Of a stretch of DNA of 64,000 nt, positions 25,416 through 36,559 are shown in pieces. Numbering within the stretch: position 1 is the first letter of the stretch; each line of letters begins with the position of its first letter. Below the pieces are notes generated by a model. The model saw only the letters and a program-made list of their open reading frames with translations, was not told the DNA's origin and searched no databases. Made by a program: the position numbers and the translations under genes. This DNA comes from Chiloscyllium plagiosum (taxonomy: Eukaryota): positions 5,948,376 to 6,012,375 of the forward strand of contig NC_057719.1 in NCBI RefSeq assembly GCF_004010195.1, written 5' to 3'.

Positions 25416-28400
25416 CTCTCCCCTTAAGAAAAAAATGGACCATCATAATGAAAAGATGGCTTCTTTTTTTCTATTCTTTAAACACAATTCCCTACCATAC
25501 TGATAACTTTAATCTAAGTTCACCTTAACGTCTTCCCATCAAACTGTGCGTATACATAAGTTAAATCTACGATACCGCATCTGCAGTTACTTTCTTACGA
25601 CCCACAACATGTGCGATTTTTAAATTAAAAGTCTGTAATGTAAGACTCCAGCAAAATAGTCTCATATTCTTGTCTTTAAAGCATTCTAAAATTTAAGAAG
25701 ATTGTGATCCGTGTACACAACCATCTCTGATACATTGTACGTGACATACACATTAAAATGTTGTAAGGCTGGTACCAAACTCAGTAGTTCCTTTTCAATC
25801 GTGGAGTATTTTTTCTGGTGGATGTGGAGCTTCTTCGAAAAGTAACCAACTGACAGCTCAGTCCCATCCTCAAGTTCCTGTAGGAGTACAGCTCCAACTC
25901 CTATGTCTCTAGCATCGATAGCGACTTTAAAAGATTTTGAAAAGTTTGGTGTAGCTAAAACTGGTTTGATGGTTAATATTGATTTCAACTGGTCGAATGC
26001 CTCCTGGCATTGTTCTGTCCACCGAAACATTGTGTTCTTCTTCAGCAAATCGGTTAACCATGCCACTACACTGCTGAAGTTTAGAACAAACATCCGATAG
26101 AATCCGCTGAGTCCTAAGAATCAAAGCACCTCTTTCTTTGAGGTTGGTCATAGAAATTCCTAGATAGCCTTTGTCTTTGCGTTCCGTGAGGTCAACCTTC
26201 CACGACTGATGTTATGACCCAAGAACATCACCTCTGCTTTCACAAATTCAGTTTCATTTAAGTTAATCGCCACTTTTGCTTCTCATAGTTGTTCAAAGAG
26301 CTCTGCCAACTGTACCAAGTGATCTTTCAGGACTTACTAAAGATCACTACATCATCCAAATATACTGCGCAGTTTGTTAACCCAGCCACAACTCTGTTCA
26401 TGAGTCTTTGGAATGTGGCAGGTGCTTTCTTCATTCCAAAGGGCATCACTTTAAATTGACATAACCCATTTGGGGTTACAAACACGGACATTTATTTTGC
26501 CGACTCTGATAAAGGTACCTGCCAGTAACCACACATTAAACCGATTGGGGTGTTGTTTTATAGGAGCAGTATTTCCTACATCTGCTTGTACAATAGCATT
26601 AATCTGCCCCATTTGATTCTTCCATATGTCCTTATACTGCAGTAACAAATCTTTCAACTGCGTTCTGTGCTCGTGAGACAGATAGCTTACTAACCTATCC
26701 CACTCCTCAAGGACTTGTCCATTTTTTAATCTATTTTGAGGCACATCAAAATCCACATCATCTGGATTTGATTCCTCACGCTGCAGGGCAGTAACTAACA
26801 CCTGATTCTCCAGTTCTTTCCCTCTAGTATAATACGGTTTCCACATGTTCACATGACAGACCCGATACCTTTTTTCTCTATCTGGCATCTTTACTCGATA
26901 GTTCACCTGACTCAACGTTTTCTCAATTTGATAGGGACCACTAAACCTGGCTTTGAAGGGATCTCCTATCACTGGTAACAGTACAAACATGTCAACCCCT
27001 CGGGAAAATGTCCGAGTCTCAGTACTTTTATCTGCCACCTGCTTCATTCTACACTGTGCCTTCTTTAGATGCTGTTTAGCTAACTCACCTATTTGACTCA
27101 ATCTCTCCCTCACCTCCGATATATAACCTAAGTGTGTGATATCCAATATTGGTCCTGCGATTTTTCTTGAATTAATTTCAAAGGACCTCTCATTTCATGC
27201 CTGAATATTAACTCCGAGGAAGTGAACTGAGTAGACTCATTCGGGGCATCTCTAATGGCAAACAGTATGAATGGGATACATTTATCCCAATCATTCGGGT
27301 AATCCTGACAAAATGGTCTTCAGGGTCTGACGCCACCTTTCTAAAGCTCCCTGGCATTCAGGTTGATACACACTGGATTTAAAGGGCTGTATACCTAAGC
27401 TGTCCAATACCACCCCAAAAGCCTAGCAGTAAAATTTGACCATTGGTCCAACTGAATCTCTCTGGGTAGCTCATCCCATGTGAAGAAAGCTACTAACTCC
27501 TCTACCACCCTTTTTTCCTTGATACTCCGTAATGGAAATGCCTCTGGAAATCTGGTAGACACATCCATTAACAAGTTCTGGTTCCCACTTTTAGTTCTCG
27601 TTGAGGGGGACCTACACAATCAACTATAACCCGCTTGAAAGGTTCTTCAAATGCAGGCGTTGGCAACAAAGGTGCTGGTTTTATTACCACATATGGCTTA
27701 CCTATATTTGGCATGTATGACACGTTTAGCAAAAATTAATCATATCCTTGTGTCTTCCAGGCCAATCAAAATGTTTTTGTACCTTAGCCTGAGTCTTTCA
27801 TACCCCTAGGTGACCACCTACAGGTAGTTAATGTGCTACCCCTAACACCTCCTGTCTTATGCTACGGACAAATCATTCTGGTTTCTCCTCTGCACTAACC
27901 TGCACTTCCGCCTTAGGATTCTATCTTTCAGATAATAACCCTTCAGAACATTCTCTGCCTTCATTTTGGAGTGCGCATTCACATATATATCTTTTATCGT
28001 CTTGTCTCACTTTGTAAGTCTCTTAGACTTTCAGGATGAAACACTTCTGTCTGACCCTCTGTCTGTTCATGGTTTTCCTGCACCATTACATCAAACAGGG
28101 TGTCCGCAAACTGAACCTCAACTCCTTCATCTTTCTCTTCCGTTTTCGCTTTGTGCTGTGACTTATGATAGTGGGATCTAGTTACTACACAGTCCGGGAA
28201 AATACCAGGATATTTCTGTTTTAACTCCTCAGTTTCTTGGTCTTCCTTCGGCTTCTCCACAACAAGTGGTGTCACTCCCAATTTGGATTCTGCCAGATCA
28301 TTCCCAAGAACAAACTGAATTCCTAGAACTGACACTTTGCAATCACTCTCATTGTTATTTTCTCAGTCTTGAGTTGGCATTCCAACCTGATCTTACATAA

Positions 28401-29725
28401 GGGAACTCTAAATTTCTGTCCATCTATCCCACAAATTACCACACACTCGAGCAACAAATCAGAAAGAGTGCACATTTGCTCATCCCTTACTATCAGCAAC
28501 TGGTTAGATCCTGTATCTCTCAAAATTATAACTTCTTGTCCTTCTGCCCCTGTTCTTTCTGAGTAAACCTTACCCACAGAGGCAAATTCTTTGTAGAGAT
28601 CAGGCACAATCTCCATTTCCAGCCCCTGCCTAGGCTGTGCACTGTCCTGCAGCTCCTCAGCTCTTCTTGGGGTCTCCTTTACTACCTTCACTAATGCCAC
28701 TGGCTTAGCTTCTATTACCACATCTTTTCCCACAGTGCCTTTCTTTAACGACCAGCATTGTGTCTTCACATGTCCCACCTTCTGGCAGTGAAAACACCTT
28801 TTCCCAGTGCCCTTCTGAAACTACTGGCACTGTAATCTACTGTGTCCCACTCCATTACAGTGAAAACACCTGAGGCTTTTCACCTTCTGTTCACCCTCTT
28901 GCGCTTCTTTAACAAGTGGTAAATTATTACCAATGTTTTCTACTCATTCTTTCGGGAGTGTTGGATCTCCCCTTCTCCCAACTTCTATCCCTCACAGAAC
29001 GAAATTCTGGCTGGAAGCATGTCTTATGCACCAACATGTATTCATCTGCTAACTCTGTTGCCCTTCTCATATCTTGAACTTTCAGTTCCTCCATCTGAAT
29101 TCTTACCATCTCTGGAAGTGAGTTTTAAACCCCTCCAGCAGAATAATCTCTTGTAGAGCTTCAAAGGTCCTATCTGTTTTCAAAGCACGCACCCATCTAT
29201 CAAAATGACTGTTTAATTCTTTCGAACACAACATTAGTCTGACCTGGTTCCTCCTTTATGTTTCTGAACCGCTGTCTATATGCTTCTCGTACCAATTCAT
29301 AAGCACTTAAAATAGCCTGTTTAACCTCTTCATAATCTCCTGACCCTTCATCTGACAGCGCGGCAAATACCTCACTACCTCTGCCTACCAGTTTAGTCTG
29401 AACTAGCATTGCCCATGAATCCTCGGACCACTCCATCTGCCTAGCCAATTTTTCAAATGACACCAAGAAGTTTTCAACATCTTTCTCAACAAAATGTGGC
29501 AGAGCTTTGACATATTTGTATATATCACTGCCTTCTCTTTTAACCTCCATCCTGTTAACCTGACTTTGCTGACTAAATCGCAAATTCTCAGGTTCAAACT
29601 CTTTCTCTCTTTGCTCAGCCAACAACCTGCTCTCTCTCTCTCTCTTTCCCCTCTCTCTCTTTCCCTCTCTTCTCTCTCTCTCTTTCTCTCTCTCTCTTTC
29701 TCTCTCCCTCTTTCTCTTTCTGTCT
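24718..29725 (-). mobile_element. Gmr1-type Ty3/Gypsy LTR retrotransposon, 5'-truncated and decayed (gag-SCAN-like, 2 zinc knuckles, PR, IN, RT, RNase H, 3' LTR)
   Basis: Minus-strand motifs in order: gag LPHFVEKDVE..FEKLA..W..YE.VKQAILSAYELV.EAYRQRFR (29200-29500); CFHCNGVGH and CFHCQKVGHVKTQC (28755-28870); ILRDTGS (~28515); integrase HHCC, DVSTRFPEAFPLR and ARFSGPY (26930-27850); YLDD (~26355); RNase H AIDARDIGVGAVL..EKELL..TDHN (25690-25930). Confidence 0.93.
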
Positions 29726-30449
29726 CGCGACCATGATGGCAATAGGCTTGGGTTTTCAGATCTCCATCTGAGTTTCCACTGAGCACTGAAGTACTGTGTA
29801 ACTTCTGCCATTCCTAAAGTGGAAGTTGAGATAGCAGCCACATGCTGCTGCAACATGGGTGGGTCTGCAATTGCTGCCTTGAAATTGGCCACCATTTCCA
29901 TGTTGGAAAGGATGATAAGAAACCCTGGAAAACCAGCCTATGCATTGTGCACATTTTCTGCAAAGAAGCCATCTGTATCCTTACCCTCCAGAGAGTTAGG
30001 AGATTAGCTGTTTTTTTCTCACCTGGTCTGGCCACAGCCTAGTCATCCCCAGTGACTCACCATATACAGCTTTCTATTAGCCTCTACATACAGGTGCAGT
30101 ATCTGAGCAGGTCAAGTGGGACTGCTGCTTTCTCAGTGGTCTGGTGCAGTGTTATGTCTTCCTCCTGGTTTGTGTGGCTGGCCAACTGACAGTTCATGGG
30201 TCTTAGAAAACATAAGATCATTATGGGAGAAGTGGGCAAGGGAGGAGGGGAGGATGACGTGCTATGTTCTCTGGAATTTCTCTTTGTTGTGTATGGCCTG
30301 CTTTGACTGGGCCTTTTAAAATAGCCACACCTACACGCATTTAAAGGGTGAGTTAATCACCTGTAGTGTGCGTATTGCCTGCACGGTATGTTCTTAAGTT
30401 GCCACACGGTCATGTACCTGTGCAATTTAGAGGGAGCTCTACCTCCATC

Positions 30450-32970
30450 AGGTCTGAAGGCTTTTTGCTTCATCCTTGAAAACAGTCCCCATTCACCACC
30501 ACCCTCCTTTATGTGGCTGAGTTTATTTTCACTTTAATCAACTTTTCATTTAACTCATTTCACTTTCTTCAGGTCAGAGGTGTGGTTGTGGGTACTGGGT
30601 CCTACTTATGTCTGTCGCCTTATGAAATATGTGGAACACTCCTTGTTCTGCTCTGTGCACCCACCTACATTTCTTTCTCCGGTACATCAATTATGTCATT
30701 CGTGCTGCTTGCTGTTCTCATCTGGAATTGGATCTCTCACCTTCATCTGGACTTCACCTTTTCCATTTCTGGGGATAGGCTATCAACCAATATCTACTAC
30801 AAATCCACCGACTCCCTGTTAAGTTTGATTGCACTTCCTCACATCCTGCTTCCTGCAAGATTTCTATTCCATCCTCCCAGTTTCTTCATCTCCATCACAT
30901 CTGTTCCAATAATGCCACCTACTACAGCTGCCTCTGACATTACTTTTTTCCATAACTGAAGATTCCAACCAACCCACACACACACGCAAACAGACAGGTT
31001 CTCTACCATGCCTAACCCATCTCTGTACTTCTCAGAAGGCTAATAGAATGTTGGCCGTAATTTCAAGGGGATGGAATATAAGAGTAGGGAAGTTGAACTG
31101 CAGTTGCACAAGATGCTGATGAGATCATGCCTGACATACTGAGAGCAGTTTTGGCCAACCTATTTAAGAAAAGATACCATTTCATTGGAGGCAATTCAGA
31201 GAAGGTTCACTAGATGATCTCTGGTATTATATTTTATGAGCAAATGCTAAACAATTTGGAACTGTACTCAGTGGAGATCAGAAGAATGAGAGGTCATCTC
31301 ATTGAACCATATTGGATAATTAAGGGCCTTTGCAGTGTAAAGGCTGAGAGGATGATTCACCTAATGGCAGAGTCTCGGACCAGAGGACATATTCTGAGAT
31401 TTAAGGCTTGAGTTCAGGAGGAATTTTTTCTCTGAGGGTTGAGAGCCTTTGGAACTCCTTGCCACAACTGTAGGGGGAGAGTCCTTTTGTATATTTAAGG
31501 TTGAGATAGATTGTTATCAGCTGTGGAATCAAGGGTTGTGGGGAAAGGACAGGAAAGTGGATGTAATAGAGTCATAAACATGTACAGTATGGAAACAGAC
31601 CCTTCAGTCCAACTCATCCATGCCAACCAGATATCCCAAACTAATCTAATCCCATTTACCAGCACTTGGCCCATATCCCTCTAAACTCTTTCGATTCATA
31701 CAGCCATCCAGATGCCTTTTAAATGTTGCAATTGTACTAGCCTCCACCACCACCTCTGGCAGCCAATTCCACATATGCACCATCCCCTGTGTGCAAAAGT
31801 TGCTCCTTACGTCCCTTTTATATCTTTCCCCTCACAACCTAAACCTAGTTCTAGTTCTAGACTCCCCCACCCCAGGGTCTCTCTGTTCAGCAACACTCCC
31901 AAGGACCTTACCATTAAGTGTTTAAGTCCTGCTAAGATTTGCTTTCCCCAAATGCAGCACCTCACATTTATCTACATGAAAAAGGTCAGATCATAATCCT
32001 GTTGTGAAGGCTGAAGGCGATAAATGTCCTGCTCCTGTTCCTATTTCAAATGGTCTTATGGCCTTCTACCCTCACTCTCTCCCTTTCCTCCCATAACAAC
32101 AATAAAGTTCCCCTTGTCCTCACTTTCCAAATTGAAAGGAACATCCTCTGTCATTTCCATCATCTCAAGCAGGATACCACCATCAAATGTATCTTCCCCC
32201 AGCCTCCACTATCAGCATTCCACAGAGACCGTTCCCTCTGTGATACTGGTCCACTCCTACATTAATCCTAACACTTCCTCATGCCCACCACCTGCCATGA
32301 CACCTTCCCACACAATCACGGAAGTTGTAAGGCATGCCTATTTACCACTGCCTTCCTCACCATCCAAGGCCCAATTACACCTTTCAGCTGAAGCTGCAAT
32401 TTAATTGCATTCCTTTCAATCTAGCCTGTTGTATTCACTGATTACAATGTGGTGTCCCTTTACGTTGGCAAGACCAAACTCAGACTGGGTGATTGCTTTG
32501 AGGACCCCTCCACTCTGACCACCGGAATTACCTCAACCTCCCTTTCTTTTAACCATTTCAATCAACCACCTTGCTCCCCTGCTAACATTCCTCGGGTGTG
32601 CTGCAATGCTCCAATGAAGCTCAATGCAAGATGAAGGGCCAGCATCTCCTTTACAATATCGAGGACTCATTATTGAGTTCCACAACTTCAAATCGTGGCT
32701 CTGTCCACTAGTTTTCTTTACCATCCTCTATTTACACCCAATTCCATCTCTATTTCTCCATTATCTCCATTAGTATGGCCTTTGTCTTTTGTCTGGACAT
32801 CCTCACAATCTGTTCTCCTCACTCTTCCATCCCCTCTATCAGTAGAATGAAAAATACGAGTCTTCAGCTCCATTCAGTACTGAAAAAGAGTTGGATCAAA
32901 CTTGAAACTTCTGTTTCTTTCTCCACAAATGAAACCAAGCATGCTGAGTTTCTTCAGCGCACTCTGTCTT
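30450..32970 (+). mobile_element. Nested cluster: old Penelope-like element (30450-31030, 32045-32970) interrupted by CR1 (+; 31030-31565, 31980-32045), itself interrupted by a HER1 3' end (-; 31565-31975)
   Basis: SISGDRLSTNIYYKSTDS (PLE RT) and LYVGKTKLRLGDCF (GIY-YIG); CR1 LELYSVEIRRMRGHLIE; tcatag tail at ~31570. Confidence 0.8.
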
Positions 32971-33595
32971 TATGAGGGAGCACTGGTAGATTGTAATACT
33001 AGTGGTTCATGGTCTCCCCATCAACAGCTTACACTTTGTTAAGTAGCAAGCATTAAGATGAGAGTTGAGAAGGGCAAAAGCAGAAATTATATCAAACCGT
33101 GAACCCCACCCCACCCTAAAATGCACTTTAACATTTTATTTTCCCCATGTGATTTTTGGCTTAACTTGAAATTGCGGGAAAACTGTTGTTTTATTAGATT
33201 GGAGTTCACTTGAACCAAGTCAACTCAAAATACCTCCACCACTACAGTATCTGCCTATTAGCTTCATATTATATAGCTTCAAATATTTTCTCCAGACACA
33301 ATCCCAGTCTGCAAGAGAAGAGCCTAGAGTTGAATGGCATATTCTTCATCTTTCCAGTTGATGTAAGATGAAAATGTCAGACAAACGCAATATTTTGTTT
33401 CAATTAAACCCTAGTGGCACATAAAATAAGTTTAACAATGAGATGTAGAGACTTAACCATGCATTGCTGTTTACAAATTTGCATGACAACAGGAGCAAAA
33501 TAAAGTAGATGAAGGATGAGGACACCAAAATGCAGAATTAATAAGATTGTAAGACCGTAAGGAAAGGAACAGGAGTAAGGTGTTCAGCCCTTTGA

Positions 33596-33746
33596 GTCGC
33601 GAGTGTGGTGCTGGAAAAGAACAGTAGGTCAGGCAGCATCTGAGGAGCAGGAAAGTCGACATTTCGCGCAAAAGCCCTCCTGCTCCTTTTCCAGCACCAC
33701 GCTCTCGACTCTAATCTCCAGCGTCTGCAGTCCTCACTTTCGCCTA
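33596..33746. mobile_element. Penelope-like inverted mini-insertion inside a CR1 3' fragment (~33545-34390, minus)
   Basis: 13-bp TSD TTCAGCCCTTTGA (33583-33595, 33747-33759); inverted arms gagtgtggtgctggaaaag / cttttccagcaccacgctc. Confidence 0.85.
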
Positions 33747-36094
33747 TTCAGCCCTTTGATCCTGCTCCACCGTTCAATGCGATTATGACTGATCCAACAT
33801 CCCTCATGTTCACCTTCCTGCTTTTTCCCTGTAACCCTTGATTCCCAGACTGATCAAGAACCTATCCCAGCCTTAAATATACACAAGGACTTTACCCTTG
33901 TAGCTCTCTGTGACAAAGGAATTCCAAAGATACCCAAACCTCAGAGAAGAAATTCCTCCTCATCTCAGTCTTAAGTTGGCACCCCTTTTTTCTCAGATTA
34001 TGCCCTCTGGTCCTCGACTCTCCCATGTCAGCATTTACTCTGTCAAACCCCTTAAAAATCCTTTATGTTTCAATGAGATCACCTCACATTCTTTTAATTC
34101 TTCTAAAACTTTATTCATAAGACAAACCCTCCAGATCAAAAATCATCCTAGTGAACCTTCTCTGAACTATCTCCAATGAAATAATGTTTGTCCTAAAATA
34201 AAGGAACTAAAATCACAGTTGCCTAGATGTGGTCTCACCAGCACTTTATACAGTTACAGCAAGACTCCCCTACCCTTATTCGGTCACTTCCTAATTACCT
34301 CTGCACCTGTGTGCTGGCTTTCTATATTTCATGCACAAGTACCTCCCCAAGTCCCTTTGCAGCTTTCTGCAGTTTTTCTCCATTAAGATAATACTATACA
34401 TTGTGATTGTTTAAAGGATGCTTTTGTACAATTTCAAGAGTGAAAAACACTGATTTCAAAACAATTAATGTTTGATTGGCCTTCAGTATGAATGGATTAG
34501 AATGGTGAAAAGTAGACAGAATTCTCAGTTCTGATCCCACTACCCTTACTGGAAGTGCACAAAAACAAAAACAAAAAAAACAAAGGGTCTTGTGACATGG
34601 TGTAGTGTCCTGATTCCTGGGCCAAAATGTCTGGGTTCAAGTGCCACCTGGCCCATAGGTGTGTCATATCACGGCAGAACAGGTTGATCAGTTTCAGGTA
34701 AGCAAGGGATCAGCAGGGCTGACCGGCCAGTTACAGACTTGCACTCTTTGTCTAGCTTTATCTATCAAGAGTGGGAACTGGAGCAAGATAATATCTATCC
34801 TTTGACTCTTCGAGCTCCAAAGGAGGATGGGAAGAATCCTGATATTTTCTAATCATAAGTTCATAAAATACAGAAGCAGAGTTAGGCCTTTCAGCCCATT
34901 GAATCTGCTCTGCCATTTAATTGTGGCTGATATACTCCTTACTCCCATTTTCCTGCCTTCTCCCCATAGCCTTTCAACCCATTACCAAGTGAGAATCTGT
35001 GTAACTCCTTCTTAAATTTAGTGCCCCAGCATCCATGACACTTTGAAGTAACAACCTGTTTAGAGCTGTTACTTCACACCTGAAGAGCAGGTGGGATATG
35101 AACTTAGGCCTCTTGGCTCAGAGTTAGGGACACTACCACAGCACCAGAAGAGTCTATCTTATTATTGCCCATCTCTGGAACGGCAGTGCCTTGTACCCAG
35201 CCTCTCGGCTCAAAGATAGGAACATTACCACTGCATCACAAAAACCTTTAATAACCTGTATCTACATTGAAAATTATATTGACAAACTGCTACATGTTAT
35301 CAGGCAGTATTTAATAATTCATGCATTTAACTCAATGATGTGGATCAATAATATTGCCAGAATGCACCTATTTATTTTGAAAAGGCTTTCAAATGCCCTG
35401 TTTTATCTACAGTTTAGAGAAGGTGGCCCAGTCACATTAATCAATAGCACTTGTTAGCATGTGCATTTTTGCAAAAATGGGAAGGATTTTCAGTCCTAGA
35501 GCTTACCAATGTCCATAAGTGCACTGATTAACTATAGTTATGCCAGCTAGGAATGTCCCATGAACTGCCCTCAACAAGGAAGCAGTGAGTATGCTACGAT
35601 CAGAGAGTCCAGCCTGGGCTATAAATGGGCCAGTGTCCTGTTCTTGGTCTCTTTCCTGTTTTAAAATAAAGTATGTGTGGCTGTCAGGTGAGGGTATATC
35701 CCAATTTAACTCTGGTGTTCCCCGCAATGAAACAACATGATGGCTTTCATTAGGCATGAAGGGCGATCATTTGAGCAAGATGTTGGAGGGCTGTAGGACC
35801 ATATCTCAGCACTATTTAGTGCCATCAATAGAAATGGAGATTTATCCTTCTCTAAATCTGCCATTGACTTGCTCTAAATAGGCTGTGATCCAGTCCATTC
35901 CTTCCTTGAACCTGTTATTACTCAGAGGTTGAACGTGCACTCAAGAATGGATCAGCAACACTTAAAAAGTATTGAAAGTAATCATAATTCTACTTGTGAG
36001 AGGTTTTAATGAGATTTTAATTACTGGTTTGATTTATTGTTTGAAGGCAATCCTCCAGATGCTTACTTTCATGGTTTTTTCTCCCTTTTTTCAG

Positions 36095-36101
36095 TTAGTA
36101 A
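36095..36101 (+). CDS. Candidate TTC7B micro-exon, 7 nt TTAGTAA (or 3 nt TTA using the upstream donor)
   Basis: CTTAC branch-like motif, strong pyrimidine tract ttttttctccctttttt-cag, and two overlapping donors GTAAGT (36098) and GTAAGA (36102). No transcript evidence. Confidence 0.45.
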
Positions 36102-36536
36102 GTAAGAGTTCATTTACAGCCCTACTGGTGGTTTGATTCAGTCACGTTATCGTCCACTTTCGAATGTGAACGCTAACTCTCCATCAGCAGTAGCGTGTTC
36201 TAGTGCTACAAGCCAAGGCTGCGGCTGTTTGTCCCCATCCCGTGCACTGCCTCCTCAGGCCCTGGATTATCATGAGATCTGAATGCACTCGGCCAATATT
36301 TTTGACTTAAATCTGTGAAATACAGCAACTCTTGCCCGTATCATGCTGCGATACAGTCTGTACTCCTCTTCCCGCTCTCCCTCCCACCCTGCATGTGCTC
36401 AGAGGCTGATATCATGCGGTTGTTTAGCATTGCTGGGCTGCTGCTGATTTGCATACAGCCGCTTTGTTTGTCTCTCTGTGCCTGTCCGACTCTAAAGTCT
36501 ATTTATTTTGCATGAGTCATATCTCTCTCATATCAG

Positions 36537-36559
36537 GATTCAGATCTCGATCAATAGAG
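36537..36559 (+). CDS. Candidate TTC7B micro-exon, 23 nt GATTCAGATCTCGATCAATAGAG
   Basis: atctctctcatatcag| acceptor and GAG|gttagt donor. Together with the 7-nt exon it gives a stop-free 30-nt insert (VSKIQISINR). No transcript evidence. Confidence 0.45.

Noticed and set aside
29200..29901. 233-aa minus-strand ORF as a domesticated SCAN/gag gene
   Set aside because: It is a chimera of flank, (GA)n tract and gag that ends at a frameshift; the rest of the element is decayed, so there is no sign of selection.
36357..36404. 48-nt in-frame segment (VCTPLPALPPTLHVLR) after atacag
   Set aside because: It would need a poor GC donor (gctgat) and has no upstream pyrimidine tract; read-through hits TGA.
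36345..36420. Possible pre-miRNA-like hairpin
   Set aside because: Only about 14 interrupted pairs around a large loop; not miRNA-like.
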